Shown piece by piece: positions 1 through 12,800 of a DNA stretch of 64,000 nucleotides. Position 1 is the first letter of the stretch. The number at the start of each line of letters is the position of its first letter. The notes beneath the pieces were generated by a model that saw only the letters and a list, made by a program, of their open reading frames with translations, was not told the origin of the DNA and searched no databases. Source of the stretch: Lama guanicoe (lineage: Eukaryota); NCBI GenBank assembly GCA_013239625.1, contig MU053661.1, positions 62,001 to 126,000 on the forward strand, read 5' to 3'. The position numbers were made by a program, and so were the translations under genes.

Positions 1-2356
1 CAATTCACCCTTAAATCATATGCGTTTTCTTAGCAGCCCCCAAATTCTACTGTGAAATAAGAAGTATTTTATGTATCATAGAAATACAGATCACTGGTTC
101 ACCTGCTGAAGAGAGATAAATGAGAACAGAGCAAAGGAGGGGACGAGGCCAACTCCGGAGCAGATGCAGGGGATCATCACCACTCACTGGGCAGTCTGGC
201 ACATTCAACAAATCCCCCCAAAGATCATTCTTAACAGGACAACAACAACTGGCTCAGTCATCTGCTCCTGCCTTATCTCGGGAGCTCCCCTGGAGCAAAT
301 GCATCGTAAACCGCAGATAATAAGGAAATGGCTGATAATGATAACAACTGGGAGTGCAATGTCTCTCTGACAAAATATTTATAAAACTCATTGTGGGAAT
401 GGGAGAGGGCAGGAGGGATGTGACTGAGGAAGGCACTGCCCTGTATTCCTTGTATCTAGCACGTCTGTTCCTAGGTTTTAAAAACTCTTCAATGTTTCTC
501 AGTTAGTCTGGAGTAGTTGGAACAGGCCAGGGAGGCAAGATTAGAAGAAAGGAGGCAGGGCATGAAGCGGTGCCAGGCTGGTCCACAAAGGGAGACAGAC
601 ACAGACAGGCAGACACAGAGGGATTTAGGGATGAGGTGGAACAATGAGACGGCTGCTCAGCTGTGTCTTGTTGTTGCTGATAGTTCCCTCAACTGGCTCA
701 CTGCTGACTCGGCAGTTCTTGGTAAAACCTGTGGATTTCCTCAGCTCTGAGTTCTCTCTGAGGCTTCCGCCTCAGTCTGGAGCTGAGATGAGCTCCGTGG
801 GCTTAGCCTAGGGGGGACTCAGCTCTGAGAATAGCCTGGAGTACTGGGAAACTTCACGCAGGATCCCCCTTGGGCTGGACCAGCGCTCACAGGGCTGCTG
901 TGAGACCAGCTCCATCGTCAGAAACCTGGGCGTGGACCATTCCATGGGGAAAAGGGCTGAGCCCGATGCCAAATCAGATAAGAGGGACAAAGTGTGTTCA
1001 TTCTCATGTGACTGGGCTTTGTGGCCTGGCTCACAGATGGCAGGCTCAGAATGGTGTCTGGCAGATTAAACCCTGGCAATGGGTTGAGATATCTTGGACC
1101 CTTTTTTTTCAGCTTTTGTAATACATTCTTATCAACTATCCATCCTGAAAATACCACATTCAAAACTGAAAGAATGTTAGAAGTTGCCTGCTCCAACTTG
1201 CCAGTGGTAAACACACCCTGCTACAGTTAGACAGCAGGTCAGACAGCCTCTGCCTGGATAATTACAGTGATGGGGTGTTCATTACTTCCAAAGTTACATG
1301 TCGGCAAGAAGGTCAGGAAGAATTTTTGAACCTGAAACAGATGTCTGCCTCCTAGTCCTTGCTGAAAGGCTAGGAATAATGAGGATCCCTTCAAATGTAT
1401 TTTGTCTGATAGTTATCCCTCTCTGTCAAAAACACCCCAATTCTTAACATCAATTTTTCAAAATTCAGCTTTGATTTCTTTTTATCAAAGTTATACCATA
1501 CCTCATTAAAGAGTCAAACAGTTCTCGAACACCGATTGTAAAAAGGAGCAGTTCCCAGCAACCGCCCCATTTCCTGGCCAGAAGCAACCACGTTCAGCTC
1601 CTACTGCTGACTCCTGGAATAATTACTCCCTATCTCTGACTAATATCCTTGTAACACAGCCTACTGACTTTTTCAGCTTTATGTATCACCTATTTAATTA
1701 TCTGTTTTGGAAAATGAGGATTAAGCTCCGTTTCAAATCCCATCTATTCTACACACCCAAACCTTCATTCTTCCAACCTTTTGATACAATCACATTATAA
1801 TTTTGATCAGCTCAGTAGCCTTGCTTTACATTATTAGCTCTCTGTACAGACTGTTCACAGCTGTAGCAATTTGGCTGCCAGGCTTACTTTTTTCTTCCCT
1901 ACTTTGTTTTTCCTGGCGTTAATAATTGTCCTGGTGGTTCATGGCTCGGATTTCTGTGCACTTAACAATTCAACCCCAGACCTTCTGCTAATGAATAACT
2001 TTCTCAATACTTTCCAATACATTGTCTACAAATTTCATCTCCTTGAATAAACCTCTTTAGATCTCCTTTAACCTGGATTAAGGACAGGCTAGTCTTGTCA
2101 CAGAGCTCAAGGGGCCACTAGTGGGAAGCAACAAAGGGAACACATGGACCAGGGGCAGGGAGCAGATCAACATATTTTCCTTAGCATAACATATTTAAAA
2201 TAGTGAGAAAATTGTTTTCTTTACAAACACACACACAAATCCCAAAAGCCCATAAAGAATGATTAAAGAGCTATCAAACCCATTTCCCTGCCATCAAATG
2301 CTGTTTAATAAAATAAAAACAACAGAAGGAAAATATCTTATAAATATGAATCTCAA

Positions 2357-2455
2357 GGGGGATGGGGTACACTCAGTGGCAGTGTGTGTGCTCAGCGTGC
2401 ATAAGGTCCTAGATTCGGTCTTCAGTACCTCCATTAGAAAAAAATATTTAAAAAG
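2357..2455 (+). mobile_element. tRNA-derived SINE (camelid vic-1-like)
   Basis: Degenerate A/B boxes (ctcagtggcag; gattcggtc) and A-rich tail. Confidence 0.75.
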
Positions 2456-4206
2456 AAAAGTAAAATGTATCAAATTTAAATATTTACATATGTACAAACA
2501 TCCTCTTTTAAAACTGTGTTCTACAGGATAACCCGGTTTAAGGAGAAAGTGCCTCTTCATGACTGTGATCCTACTGATAATTGAGGGAGGAAATTAGAGT
2601 ATGATCACATGAAATAAAATCCCTTATGAAATAATGATCCCAGGTGACAATCATTATTGGCTGCTGTCATCACAAAAAAGAGAGTCAACTGGATATTATG
2701 TACCTTATGGTAGGAGTACAAAACTTCACATAACAATTATTCTTGAACAAAGTTGACACTCAATCAGTTCAAGCTTTTGGGGGAGGATCAAATCACTTAG
2801 CTAAAGTCAATATATAGGATGGAGAAACAAGTCTAACACCACAGGGGAGAATGAAATCTACCAATCAGGAAATAGAGAAACCCCTTAGCAATTTCAAGGA
2901 AAATGAGAAAAAGGAAAATTATAGATTAGAACCCAATTGAGAGATATGCTAGCTGCAATGTCTGAACCTAGTCTGGATCCTGATTTCAACCCCAAAACTA
3001 CTTAAAAGTGTATTTTTGTGACAATCAGGGAATTACTTTGTAACCATAAATAAAAAAGGAATATTCCAATTGTATTTGAAAGAGACCTTGTCATTTTACT
3101 AATGAAAAGTTAAACTGTGTAGGATTGTCTTCAAAATGATCCCGTAGTGGGAGAGGGGTGGAGGTGGAGATGAAAGATGCAACAACAGTGACTCTGAGAT
3201 TATAATTCTGGAGCTGGGTGACTGATACAGGCAGGCTGGCTGTGCTGTTCTCTCTACTTCTGTACAAGTTTGAATTTTCCATAAAATGTGAAACAAACAC
3301 AAAGACTTCCGTGTTTTAAAACCCTCACTTTGAAGGTTAAGAGGTTTGCCCAAGTAGGTGAGCACCTGCATGGGGCACTTAGATGAGAAAGAACATGCAC
3401 CTGGCCCCTGGCAGACCTCGGGCTACCTTGAACCTCCTCTTCTCCTCACCATCCACAGACAGCCCATAACTGCATCCTGTCAGCTCCACTCCCCAAACGC
3501 ATTCCTCCCTGGCTCCCAGCATCTCTCATCTGTCCCAATCCAACAGCCTCCTACCAGGCCTCCCTGCTTCCTGGGTCCCTGCCATTCATTCTCCACATTA
3601 TATTTGCAAAATGTGAGCTAGAGAAAATTACCTTAGTGCTTAAACTATCATGACTGCTTCTAACTGTGCTTATAGTCTACACTCCTTTCCGTGCTCCTGA
3701 TGCCCTTCTAAACCTCGCGTATCATCACTCTCACCAGCGCTGGCTCCAGTATCTCCTCACACCTGTTGAGCACATTTGTGCCTCGGGGCCAATGGACAAG
3801 CTGCGTCTATTTCTGGGGTGGCTTTTCCCAGATCCTCAAATCCAGCCTCCTTATCACCATCTCAGCTCACATGTAACCTATGAAAAGATAGCTTTCTTGA
3901 CTCACTTCCCCCCAAGTCTCCCATCTCAACACTGGGTTATTTCCTTCATTTCAATCTGACATTGTTTCCTTATTCGCCCGATTATTTTTGTTTGCTCGGT
4001 TGTCCTTGACCTCCCTCCCCCCAGTAGCCTTGCCCAAACAGCATAAGCTCCTGGGGAGCTGCCGGCACTGGGGCTCTAAGAAGACACATGCTGAGCGCGA
4101 CATTACAGTCACGTTGTGTAGTGAAACGGTGTCGAACAGCAGATACAGCAAAGCAGTGAGAATTTCTCTTATTTTATAATTTAAGTGAAATCTAACATTT
4201 ACTCCT

Positions 4207-4600
4207 GTTTAATGAAGAATTTGGGAGGTCTTTGTTCACAGTTTCTGGTCCGCAACCCCTAAAGCCTTGAAATTTCCCAAGATAGGGTTGCCTTTGCTAT
4301 TCATTGTGGACCCTTGGATGGCTTGGGTTCATGAGATGACTCAGGATGGGGACTGGCCAGCCAGAGACATCAAACATGTGATTAGAGGAGTGGGGCTTTA
4401 AGCTTTGTGACAAGTGATTGACCACCAGGGGAGGAAGGGGCTCAGCGGTTAGGGCTAAGTAAAGGTTTGGGTTACAGTTAGGGTTTGGGTTAGCCATGTA
4501 GGTAGTGACCCAATAAATCATGTCTTTGTTATAAAGCCTCCAGTAAAATCTTGGGGCAACAAAGCTCAGAGCTGTCAGCTTCCTGGTTGGTAACACTCTT
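4207..4600. mobile_element. Old LTR, MER21-like
   Basis: gactcaggatggggactggcc..aaacatgtgattagagg motif recalled as typical of MER21-family LTRs; boundaries approximate. Confidence 0.55.
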
Positions 4601-4676
4601 GGAGGACTGTCACCCTCAGATGCCATGAGGGCAATCCTGAGCCCTTCCCAATGGAGTGCTCTCCACAACAGCTCAC

Positions 4677-4791
4677 CTGATGAGATCTAAGGGCTACTTC
4701 TTGTCTATGCTTTGAGGAGGCGCCCATTCCCTGTACAGATGGCCCTGTTCGCTGGGGCAGCTGAGGTCCTCTGACGGAGGCTGAAGTTGCA
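4677..4791 (-). pseudogene. ANO6: ANO6-derived pseudo-exon (~exon 7)
   Basis: ttctcag|CNFS/PSEDLSCPSEQGHLYREWAPPQSIDKK*PLDLI|gtgagc (ANO6: CKFRRQSEDPSCPNERYLLYREWAHPRSIYKKQPLDLIR). 1-nt deletion and a TAG. Confidence 0.9.
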
Positions 4792-6349
4792 CTGAGAAGC
4801 AGAAGCAAACAGGTGAGCATCACTGTCACCACATGTTCACATGTTCTGTTGATAAAATGTGGTGCTAACACTTCGTGGTCATTTGTAAATAAGGGGTCCT
4901 CACTTGCCAGAAGGGATGGAGGGACCATATAATTTTTGATAATTCTCACCCAGGATTAATATTAACCCCTTGAGGGTCATTTGCAAACGTGGGTGGAAAG
5001 GAATGCTTGGATGTCGCAGTCCTGGGGCCACCGTGGGTACCTGGGGAGAGCCTTGCAGATGCTTAATGTCCTACAACCGAGCCAGTCTTCCACAGCAAAA
5101 AAACTAGGCCACCCAAGTGCCCAAACTGCTTCAGTGGAGGGACACCTGACAGTCCCGCCCCCACCTTGGACACCCAGAGGAACCTGGACTCTGGCAGGTT
5201 AGGGGCAGAGTCAATTCTAAAACCCAGGCATTTTTGTCCCCACAATTCAGTAGTTATTTGGTGACAGCACACGGAATATAAACAACAAAGAAACTTGACA
5301 TGATTTTATATATTTAGCTTACTCAAGAAACAAAATTTAAATCCAGTCATTCTCCTTCCCACCTGACCTACTTCCCTTCCTCCTGTACTAGAACCAGATT
5401 ATTACCCACCCAGCCTTAACATGGGTCCTGACTCCACTTACCTCCCACCCAAACACCACATGAGATGATTCCTAAGCCTGGATGTGGGGCCAGCAATTAC
5501 AACAGGCTTTAGTGAAAAAGTACTGGTTGTGCGCAGATGCCAAATAAACACTCTAGAATTCTGTTGTCTGACATTAGTAATCATGACAGCTGTTTGCAAG
5601 TGTCCCCAAAGTTCATTTCAGACTCTCACTGCTAATTTTCCTGGGACATAAATATAAAACATGTGGACTGCTGGGCTGGACTGCTATGCTGGGTCTCTGA
5701 TCCAGGAGGCTCAGTGTCTGCTCCCTGCACCCAGCTCCCTTTTCTGTTCATGCATGTGCATCAAGCAGCTGTTTAGTGTCCATTTTAATATCTTAAACAG
5801 TGCATTTCAGTATTGTCGTCATCCACAATTACGTGTACCACAGAGTAGTAATGATCAATCTCAGTCTCTGCTTTCTTTGGTCTTAGAGAGTCAGATAAAT
5901 GGATAGCAAAGATAACAAAGTCATAGAGCACTGTAATATAGTATTTCCTTTATTTCAATGACAGGATTCATTTAAAGAGCTTAGATAGAACATCCTTGCA
6001 TTTATGGCATCATTAAGCGTCTGAGGCTGTTACATTATAAAAACTTCATTTCATGCGAGATGTTATCAGATAGAGAATTGGTCCTGAATTTGAGGGGTTG
6101 CTGTCATCTCAGATGGAGTCTCTAAAAAATGTCAACTCTGCAGTATTGTCATCATTGCAAGAACCCAGACAGATGAAATTTGGAAAGCCCTGTGGCTTCC
6201 TAGTGCACAGAAAGAAAATGGTATTTCAGAGGGAAAAAGCCTGAATTACAGAAAATGATACATGAAATGGTCTAACATGCATTTCCCTTACAAAGAGCTA
6301 CTACTTTTTTGGTTGATAATAACATCTGTCAGTAATTATGAAAAGAGCT

Positions 6350-6560
6350 GACAGATGCATAGTACTTAATATTATGCAGGGCTGTTCTAACATTGACACA
6401 GATTCATTAATCCCCATATCAACTCTACGAGGTGGGTACTATTATTATCCCCATTTTATTGATGAGGAACTTGATAAACACAGAGGCTAAATGACTTTTC
6501 CAAGGTCAACAGTGAGAAACCAGCAGAGGTGTTCCAGCCTGACCCTACGCTCTTCGCCAT
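6350..6560. mobile_element. MIR SINE
   Basis: Core attattatccccattttattgatgaggaac...ccaaggtca. Confidence 0.7.
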
Positions 6561-6567
6561 TTCTCTC

Positions 6568-6733
6568 TCTTTTTTTTTTTTTTTGGTGGCTGGGAGATAA
6601 TAAGGTAATTCTGGTGGGGGGGTGGGGAGGTAATTAGGGTTATTTGTCTATTTTAGAGGAGGTGTTGGGGGCTGAACCTAGGACCTTATGCGTGCTAAGC
6701 ATGCGCCCCATCACTTGAGTTGTACCCTCCCCT
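6568..6733 (-). mobile_element. tRNA-derived SINE (vic-1-like) adjacent to a MIR
   Basis: Reverse complement ggggagggtacaactcaagtgatgg...gcttagcacgcataaggtcctaggttcagcccc with poly-T on +. Confidence 0.8.
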
Positions 6734-7015
6734 CTCGAGTCTATGCCCTTAGCTGCTAATCCACATTTCCCCACATGGTAACTTTGGGGGAACTGTAGTT
6801 CAATCATTCACTCAGTCGTTAAACTCAGCCTTCCCGATGCCTGGGATTCCGCAGTGAACAAGACAACATGGTTCCTGCCATAAATGAGCTTCTCACCTCC
6901 TGATATATTATCTTCATTTTACCCAGGAAGATACAAGGTGAAGAAGATTAGCCTTTTCCTGTTAACACCTGAGGAAACATGAGGTGCTTTATTTCATTTC
7001 TACCATTTGACTAAC

Positions 7016-7131
7016 ACCATGGGGAGGGAAAGCTGCCTTGCAGATCCTGGAGCTCACAAGCCTGTTAAGCCCGAATTTTTTTTAACACTGTTCCTTACTT
7101 GATACGTCATCTGAGAAAGGATGAAGTAAAC
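7016..7131 (-). pseudogene. ANO6: ANO6-derived pseudo-exon (~exon 6)
   Basis: tttttag|VYFILSQMTYQVRNSVKK/FGLNRLVSSRICKAAFPPHG|gt (ANO6: VYFILSRVKYQVINNVSKFGINRLVNSGIYKAAFPLHD). An A8 run causes a +2 frameshift. Confidence 0.9.
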
Positions 7132-7355
7132 CTAAAAAGATTCTAAGAGAGCGTGTGGTTTATACAAGGTAACTAACCAGCCACTGTTTACTATCCTAAC
7201 AGGAATCTGTAGGCATATTTCTTTTCTTTGTCTTTTTTCCTTTTTATGGGCAGCTTTTAAAAACCAAACCAAACCAACCCAACCAAATCATTGATAATTC
7301 AACAGCAGGTTCCATATCACCCCCAAGACAGCAGCTAAACTCGGTTTAGACTTAC

Positions 7356-7640
7356 CTTGTGGCTTCTGGTGGTTGGATTGAAGAATGTATCTTTATCCTG
7401 AATAGAAGTCATTCACGCAGCTCCTCTCAAATACGGCAATGAAAAACTCTTGCTCCGGTAGATGACACTTTCATCCACTTGGTGGACTTTCATAAAATAG
7501 CTGAAATTATCAAAGGTTGAGGACCGGGTTTTCAGATCATTGGGCTTCAGAAGTAATTTTATGTGCAGTATCTCAGCGTATGTACAGAGCACATCCCACA
7601 GGGTGTGCACTTCGGCAAATACAAGGTTGTCATCCAAAAC
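7356..7640 (-). pseudogene. ANO6: ANO6-derived pseudo-exon (~exon 5)
   Basis: AG/GTAAG-bounded 285-nt exon: VLDDNLVFAEVHTLWDVLCTYAEILHIKLLLKPNDLKTRSS...PEQEFF...NDFY..QDKDTFFNPTTRSH. Two small deletions (-1, -2) with a TGA in the shifted frame. Confidence 0.93.
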
Positions 7641-8516
7641 CTATATTGGGAGAATTAAAACATAAACCAGGAAACTATTTTCACATTTTTAGTACACAGA
7701 TTTTTCTTACGTTGCTGGTAGTTAAAGCACTTGTGCAAACACACACACATATGACACTGGTAAAAGTGAAGATATAATAAAAATAGATTTGCAAACCATC
7801 ATACATTTTTGCCTTAAAGATAATTTCTTTGTTGAAATTACTGAAAAGTTATTTAAAATCCTTACAGTTCCTTCATAAAATAGACAATGTTTTAGATGAA
7901 GAAAAGCAAACTTGTTAATTTTTAGTCCAAATTAGTAACTAAAAATAGAAACACCAAAATATTCTTTGCAGTCGTATTGTAATGACAATTTTTTAAATTT
8001 CTGAAACCTAGGACTATTTACATATCTGTTCAATATAGTGTTAAACAGCCATTAAAAGGAATTTAAAAGAATTATTTTTATTAATATGGAATATATAATA
8101 AATGGAGAAAGCAAAAAATGTGAAATAATAATTTTCCTTTTTGGAAGGGAAAAATATCTTCATTTGAACAAAAAAATGTTTAGAAGTATTTTATGTTTCC
8201 TTATGTATAATTGAAGTACAGATGATTTTTAATTCCATTGTTCTTTCATTTTCAATTTTTGGGGGTAACTTTTTATAATAAAAAAAGCTTTAAAAAGTTT
8301 CTTGCATAAATACATTAATAGATATATTTATGACTACATTCTCTGGCTATTAAAATAGATCTCCTAGCTGTGGATTTGAAACATACATTCCATAATGCAG
8401 ATTCTGACTGACTCGCCTCCCAGTCCACAGTGAAGGCACGGCTAGTGTGACATGTTTCAAATAGCATTCCAAGGAACATGCAGGCTCCCAGCCAATGGCT
8501 GCAAGGGGACTGACAC

Positions 8517-8582
8517 TGATCTGGTTGCTCCCAGCTGCAGACCATCACAGATGAGGTTAGATTCACAGGCTCATGTTTGCTT
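8517..8582 (-). pseudogene. ANO6: ANO6-derived pseudo-exon (~exon 4)
   Basis: Translates ..*ACESNLICDGLQLGATRS (ANO6: RKRQAYESNLICHGLQLEATRS). In-frame TGA; acceptor AG appears mutated (ttttgacaa); GT at 8516-8515. Confidence 0.85.
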
Positions 8583-9309
8583 TGTCAAAAGAAATCAGAA
8601 AATGTTAGGCTTTTACTTTCACCAGGGAACAAGAAGTTGTTTTTTTATGCAAAAAAATAACAACAAACCAATTTGAACCTGATGAAAAGACATTTACTCA
8701 AAACAGCACAGTAGCAATGAAGGTGCTCTGGCTGGCAGGGACTTGTTGGATTCCTGTGAGTGCTGGACTCCTCACATGGAATTCCCTTAGCACTCCAGAA
8801 AGCCTGTGGTTTTCCTCATGGGTTTGTGGCCATAAGTGGCGCACAAAAGTCTCTGGATTTGCCACAATTTCAAAGCGTTTTTGGCTTATGAAAGGTTTTG
8901 CCCTCAAATGGAGTTTCCTTGAGTCCAGTCACTGATGTCATTTACTAGAGTTACAGTCCAGATCTAACATTCTAGACTCTTAAAATCTTGCAGACATTCA
9001 AATGGTTCAGATTTGGATGTGTATTCACCTCTGCAGGCCTGGACCAAGTCCGATAAAGACACCCGGACAAGTTCAGCAAAATAAAAAGAAATTTTCCTCT
9101 CTGCAAGACTGAAATGTCTGTGAAGCTATAAAAGCTTCTGCATCTACAAAAATAGGGAACCAACTCATCAATAACATATCTATCCATAATGCATGGACAT
9201 TTAAAATAAATACTGTATTTACTCCTATTAAATTCTAGCTGGCTTTTGCCAAACTGTGTCCTAAAATCTGTAAGGAAAGTATGTAAATGTAGAGAATTTT
9301 TTACCTTTT

Positions 9310-10105
9310 AAGAGAAAAAGGAACCCTCCTACTCGGTTGGTGGGAATGTAAATTGATGCAGCCACTATGGAGGACAGAAGAGAGGTTCCATAAAAAAATG
9401 AAAATACACTTCCGTGTGATCCAGCAATCCCATGCATGGGTATATGTTTGGAGAAAAATATAATTCAAAAAGACACATGCACCCCGATGTTCAGCAGCAG
9501 CACTATTTAAAATAGCCAAGGCACTGAAACAACCCAAATGTTCACTGACAGATGACTGGATAAAGAAGGTGTGGTATATTGCATATATATATGTATATAT
9601 ACATGTATACATATATATATACACACACATATATACACATGAACACACACACAAATGGAATACTGCTCAGCCATTAAAAAATAAAATAATGCCATTTGCA
9701 ATAACATGGATGGACCTACAGGTTATTATGCTAAGTGAAATAAGTCAGAGAAAGAAAAACAAATATTCCAAAATATTCCATAACTTATATGTATATCTAA
9801 AAAATAAAACAAATTAATGACTATAATAAAACAGAAATAGACACACAGGTACACAGAACAGACTGGTGGTTACCAATGGGGAGAAGGAGAAGAGGGGAGG
9901 CAGGAAGGGGTTAGGAGATTGAGAGGTAAAAATTACTACGTATAAAATGAATAGGTTGCATGGCTGTATCATACAGCACAGGGAAATATAGCCATTATTT
10001 TATGGTGACTTTAAATGGAATATAATCTATAAAAATGTTGAGCCTCTGTGTTGTACACCTGAAACTAATATGATGTAAATCAACTACTCAATTACAAAAT
10101 TTTTA
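9310..10105 (+). mobile_element. LINE-1 3' end (ORF2 end and 3'UTR)
   Basis: ggtgggaatgtaaattg..cagccactatgg; gcaataacatggatggaccta; L1-type 3'UTR. Confidence 0.9.
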
Positions 10106-10233
10106 ATCAAAGTTTTCTTTTCATATTATTTGCAATAAGTTAGAAGCCAGCACTGTCAATAGAAACATAGTGCAAGTCACAATTTTCCAGTAATTCCATT
10201 TAGAAAATAAAAAGGAACAAGTGAAATTAATTC

Positions 10234-10418
10234 NNNNNNNNNNNNNNNNNNNNNNNNNNNNNNNNNNNNNNNNNNNNNNNNNNNNNNNNNNNNNNNNNNN
10301 NNNNNNNNNNNNNNNNNNNNNNNNNNNNNNNNNNNNNNNNNNNNNNNNNNNNNNNNNNNNNNNNNNNNNNNNNNNNNNNNNNNNNNNNNNNNNNNNNNNN
10401 NNNNNNNNNNNNNNNNNN
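10234..10418. other. Assembly gap
   Basis: Run of N between the ANO6 and KLHL2 fragments. Confidence 1.
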
Positions 10419-10515
10419 CAAACAAAGCACCTTGACTGGTGGGGAGTATCTTCATTATAAAGTGAAAAATAAAGGTAAGAGAGCCATGCTAACATGTATG
10501 TTAATGTAACAATAC

Positions 10516-10641
10516 CTTCTTAATTCATTCAGGACTTTACAATCTTTTTTCATATGCCAAGGATTCACTATCACTGTGCAATGTTTTTCACTACTATCAT
10601 CTTTGGGATTGAGACGCTTCTGATGACCCTGCTTTGTGCAT
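10516..10641 (-). pseudogene. KLHL2: Orphan KLHL2 (kelch-like 2/Mayven) exon 2 copy
   Basis: 126-nt AG/GT-bounded exon reading CTKQGHQKRLNPKDDSSEKHCTVIVNPWHMKKDCKVLNELR (KLHL2: CTKQGHQKPLDSKDDNTEKHCPVTVNPWHMKKAFKVMNELR). Frame is open but carries many substitutions; no other KLHL2 exon found. Confidence 0.88.
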
Positions 10642-10700
10642 CTGTACATAAAAGAAAATAACAAAACAGAGAAAAAAACCTTATTAAAGATAATTTAGCA

Positions 10701-10860
10701 GGGAGGGTATAGCTCAAGTTAAAGATCATGTTCTTAGCATGCACAAGGGCCTGGGTTCAATCCCCAGTACTTTTTCTAAAAATAAAATAAATAAATAAAA
10801 ACCTAATTACCAACCCCCCAGCAAAAAATTAATTTATTACTTTAATTAAAAGTTAAAAAA
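10701..10860 (+). mobile_element. tRNA-derived SINE (vic-1-like) with target-site duplication
   Basis: gggagggtatagctcaag...ggttcaatccccagtac, A-rich tail, flanking direct repeat gataatttag. Confidence 0.85.
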
Positions 10861-11789
10861 TGATAATTTAGTGCAGGCTTATCAGTCTACAAGAGCTACA
10901 ATGAATGCCCCCGTATTAATTTAGAAGAAGTCTCACAGTATTTCCCAACATAAAGGCTAAATTATAATTGAAAACACTTCCTGATGGTCAGCATCATTTT
11001 AACAAAAATGTACATAATTACGTCCCTGGTGTCAAATTTCTGTCAGAGTTAGGCATAGAAAATTTAGTAAAAGTGATTTTGCAGCTATCTTTGAAAGAAA
11101 TGGTGAGAAATGATCTTTTCTCTTGGAAATTAGCCTGCTTTTATATTCTGCAGTAGGCATAAGTGTTTACAAACCAGGCAGGAACTGGATCATATTTTAC
11201 ATATACTACAGAAACTGATTTGAATTTTGCCCTCTACCTGCAAGGCTATTTCTTAGGTAATAACATAAGCAGGCCACTATACTAAATTTTGTTTCCCTGT
11301 TTGCTTAATCCTCACAACAACTCTGTAAGCTGCTATTATTACCCCCATATAACAGATAAAGAGCTTGAGGCAGAAAATAATTTGGGTAACTTCGTAACTG
11401 GTGGAGCTGGGTAAGACTGCAGCCAGTCTGACATTCGAGTCCATTCTTCTCACCAATGTCTGATATTGTTACCTACATTCAGCAATGACAGCTAATTTCA
11501 TGTTTAAGTGTGTCATTTCTAAAGGTGCAAAGCTATATTAGTACTGCTGTGTAAATTATACTTTTGAGATGTGATTGCCAAAAAATAAATAAATAACTAA
11601 AATCAGGATGCCACTGAGGGGAGGGCGAACTGCATATGGACGGACACAAGGGGACTTTGTGAGATTATAATGTGTTTATGGCCTGTAAATTACACCTTAA
11701 TACAGCTGTTATATTAAGATACTGGGATATCAAATTAAGACTAAAACACATATATATATCACACAAAGAACCACAGGCAAATATAATAT

Positions 11790-12800
11790 CATACTTTTAA
11801 TTTATTTAGCAAATAATTTTTGACTGCCTACTATGTACCCAGGACTAGTCTAGGCACTTGGAATAGATCAATAAACAAAACAAAAGTCCTGTCCTCACGG
11901 AGCTTGGTTGGAGTCTAGCTGGGTTGGGGGGTGGAGATGACAATTCACACAACAGAGCAGCAGAGGAGGTGGCATGTTAGGAAAGAGGAACTATGGAAAA
12001 ATGAAAAAGGGGCAAGGTAAAGAGAGTTGAGGGTACGGGATGAGGGTGATGTTGTATTAAATACCAGAGCAGGCCACAATGAGGACTGAGGTTAGAAGTA
12101 GGACTAGGAGGTGAGAAGTCCCAGGTGGACGGAATAACCATCACCAAGGCCAGCATGCACCTCGCATGTTCCAGAATGGGGGCACGGCTGGGGCTGCGGA
12201 GAAGGGTCAGTGCAGATCCTGTACGGCCTTGGAGGACATTGTGAGGACTGTGGCTTTTACCCGGAGTGAAATGGGGAGGCACTGCAGAAGGACGACACAA
12301 TCTAACTTAGGTTTTCGAGACTCACTTGACTGCCAGGTGAGAATAGTTGAAACGGGTCAGAGATGAAAGGAGGGAAGCCACTGAGAAGGGCTGTGCAGAA
12401 GGAGGGGACAGTGGCTCAGGGCAGGGAAGCAGCAGTGGAGGCAGGAGCCATGGTGAGAAGTGGCTGGGCTCTGGATATGTTTTAAAGGCAGTGTTAAACC
12501 AGATCTATTGACAGAATTCACATGGTATGTCAGAGAAAGTCAGAATAACTCCAAGTTTTATGACCCAAGCAGCTGGGAGAATTAAGTTTCCACTAGCTGA
12601 ATGGGGGAGGCTGCACGAAGAACCAGTTTGGGGGATAGAAGGACCAAGAGCTCAGTTTTTACACATGTTGCTTTTAAGATATCAGAGTTTCAAGTGAAGA
12701 TGTCAAATCAGCAGAAGATTGTAAGAGTCCAGAGTTGGAGAGAAAAAGTCTAGCGGGAGACAGAAATGTGGGAATCATGGGTCACAGAGGTGGCACAGGA
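11790..12800 (-). mobile_element. LINE-2 fragment
   Basis: Antisense L2 3' end (atttagcaaataattttgactgcctactatgtacccagg) followed by purine-rich L2 body. Confidence 0.65.

Larger units (their letters stand above)
4677..8582 (-). pseudogene. ANO6: Unprocessed partial ANO6 (anoctamin-6/TMEM16F) pseudogene, four consecutive exons (~exons 4-7)
   Basis: Four minus-strand segments in correct order translate to recognisable ANO6 N-terminal cytoplasmic sequence. Every exon has a frameshift and/or stop. Flanking ANO6 exons were not found in the window. Confidence 0.93.
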
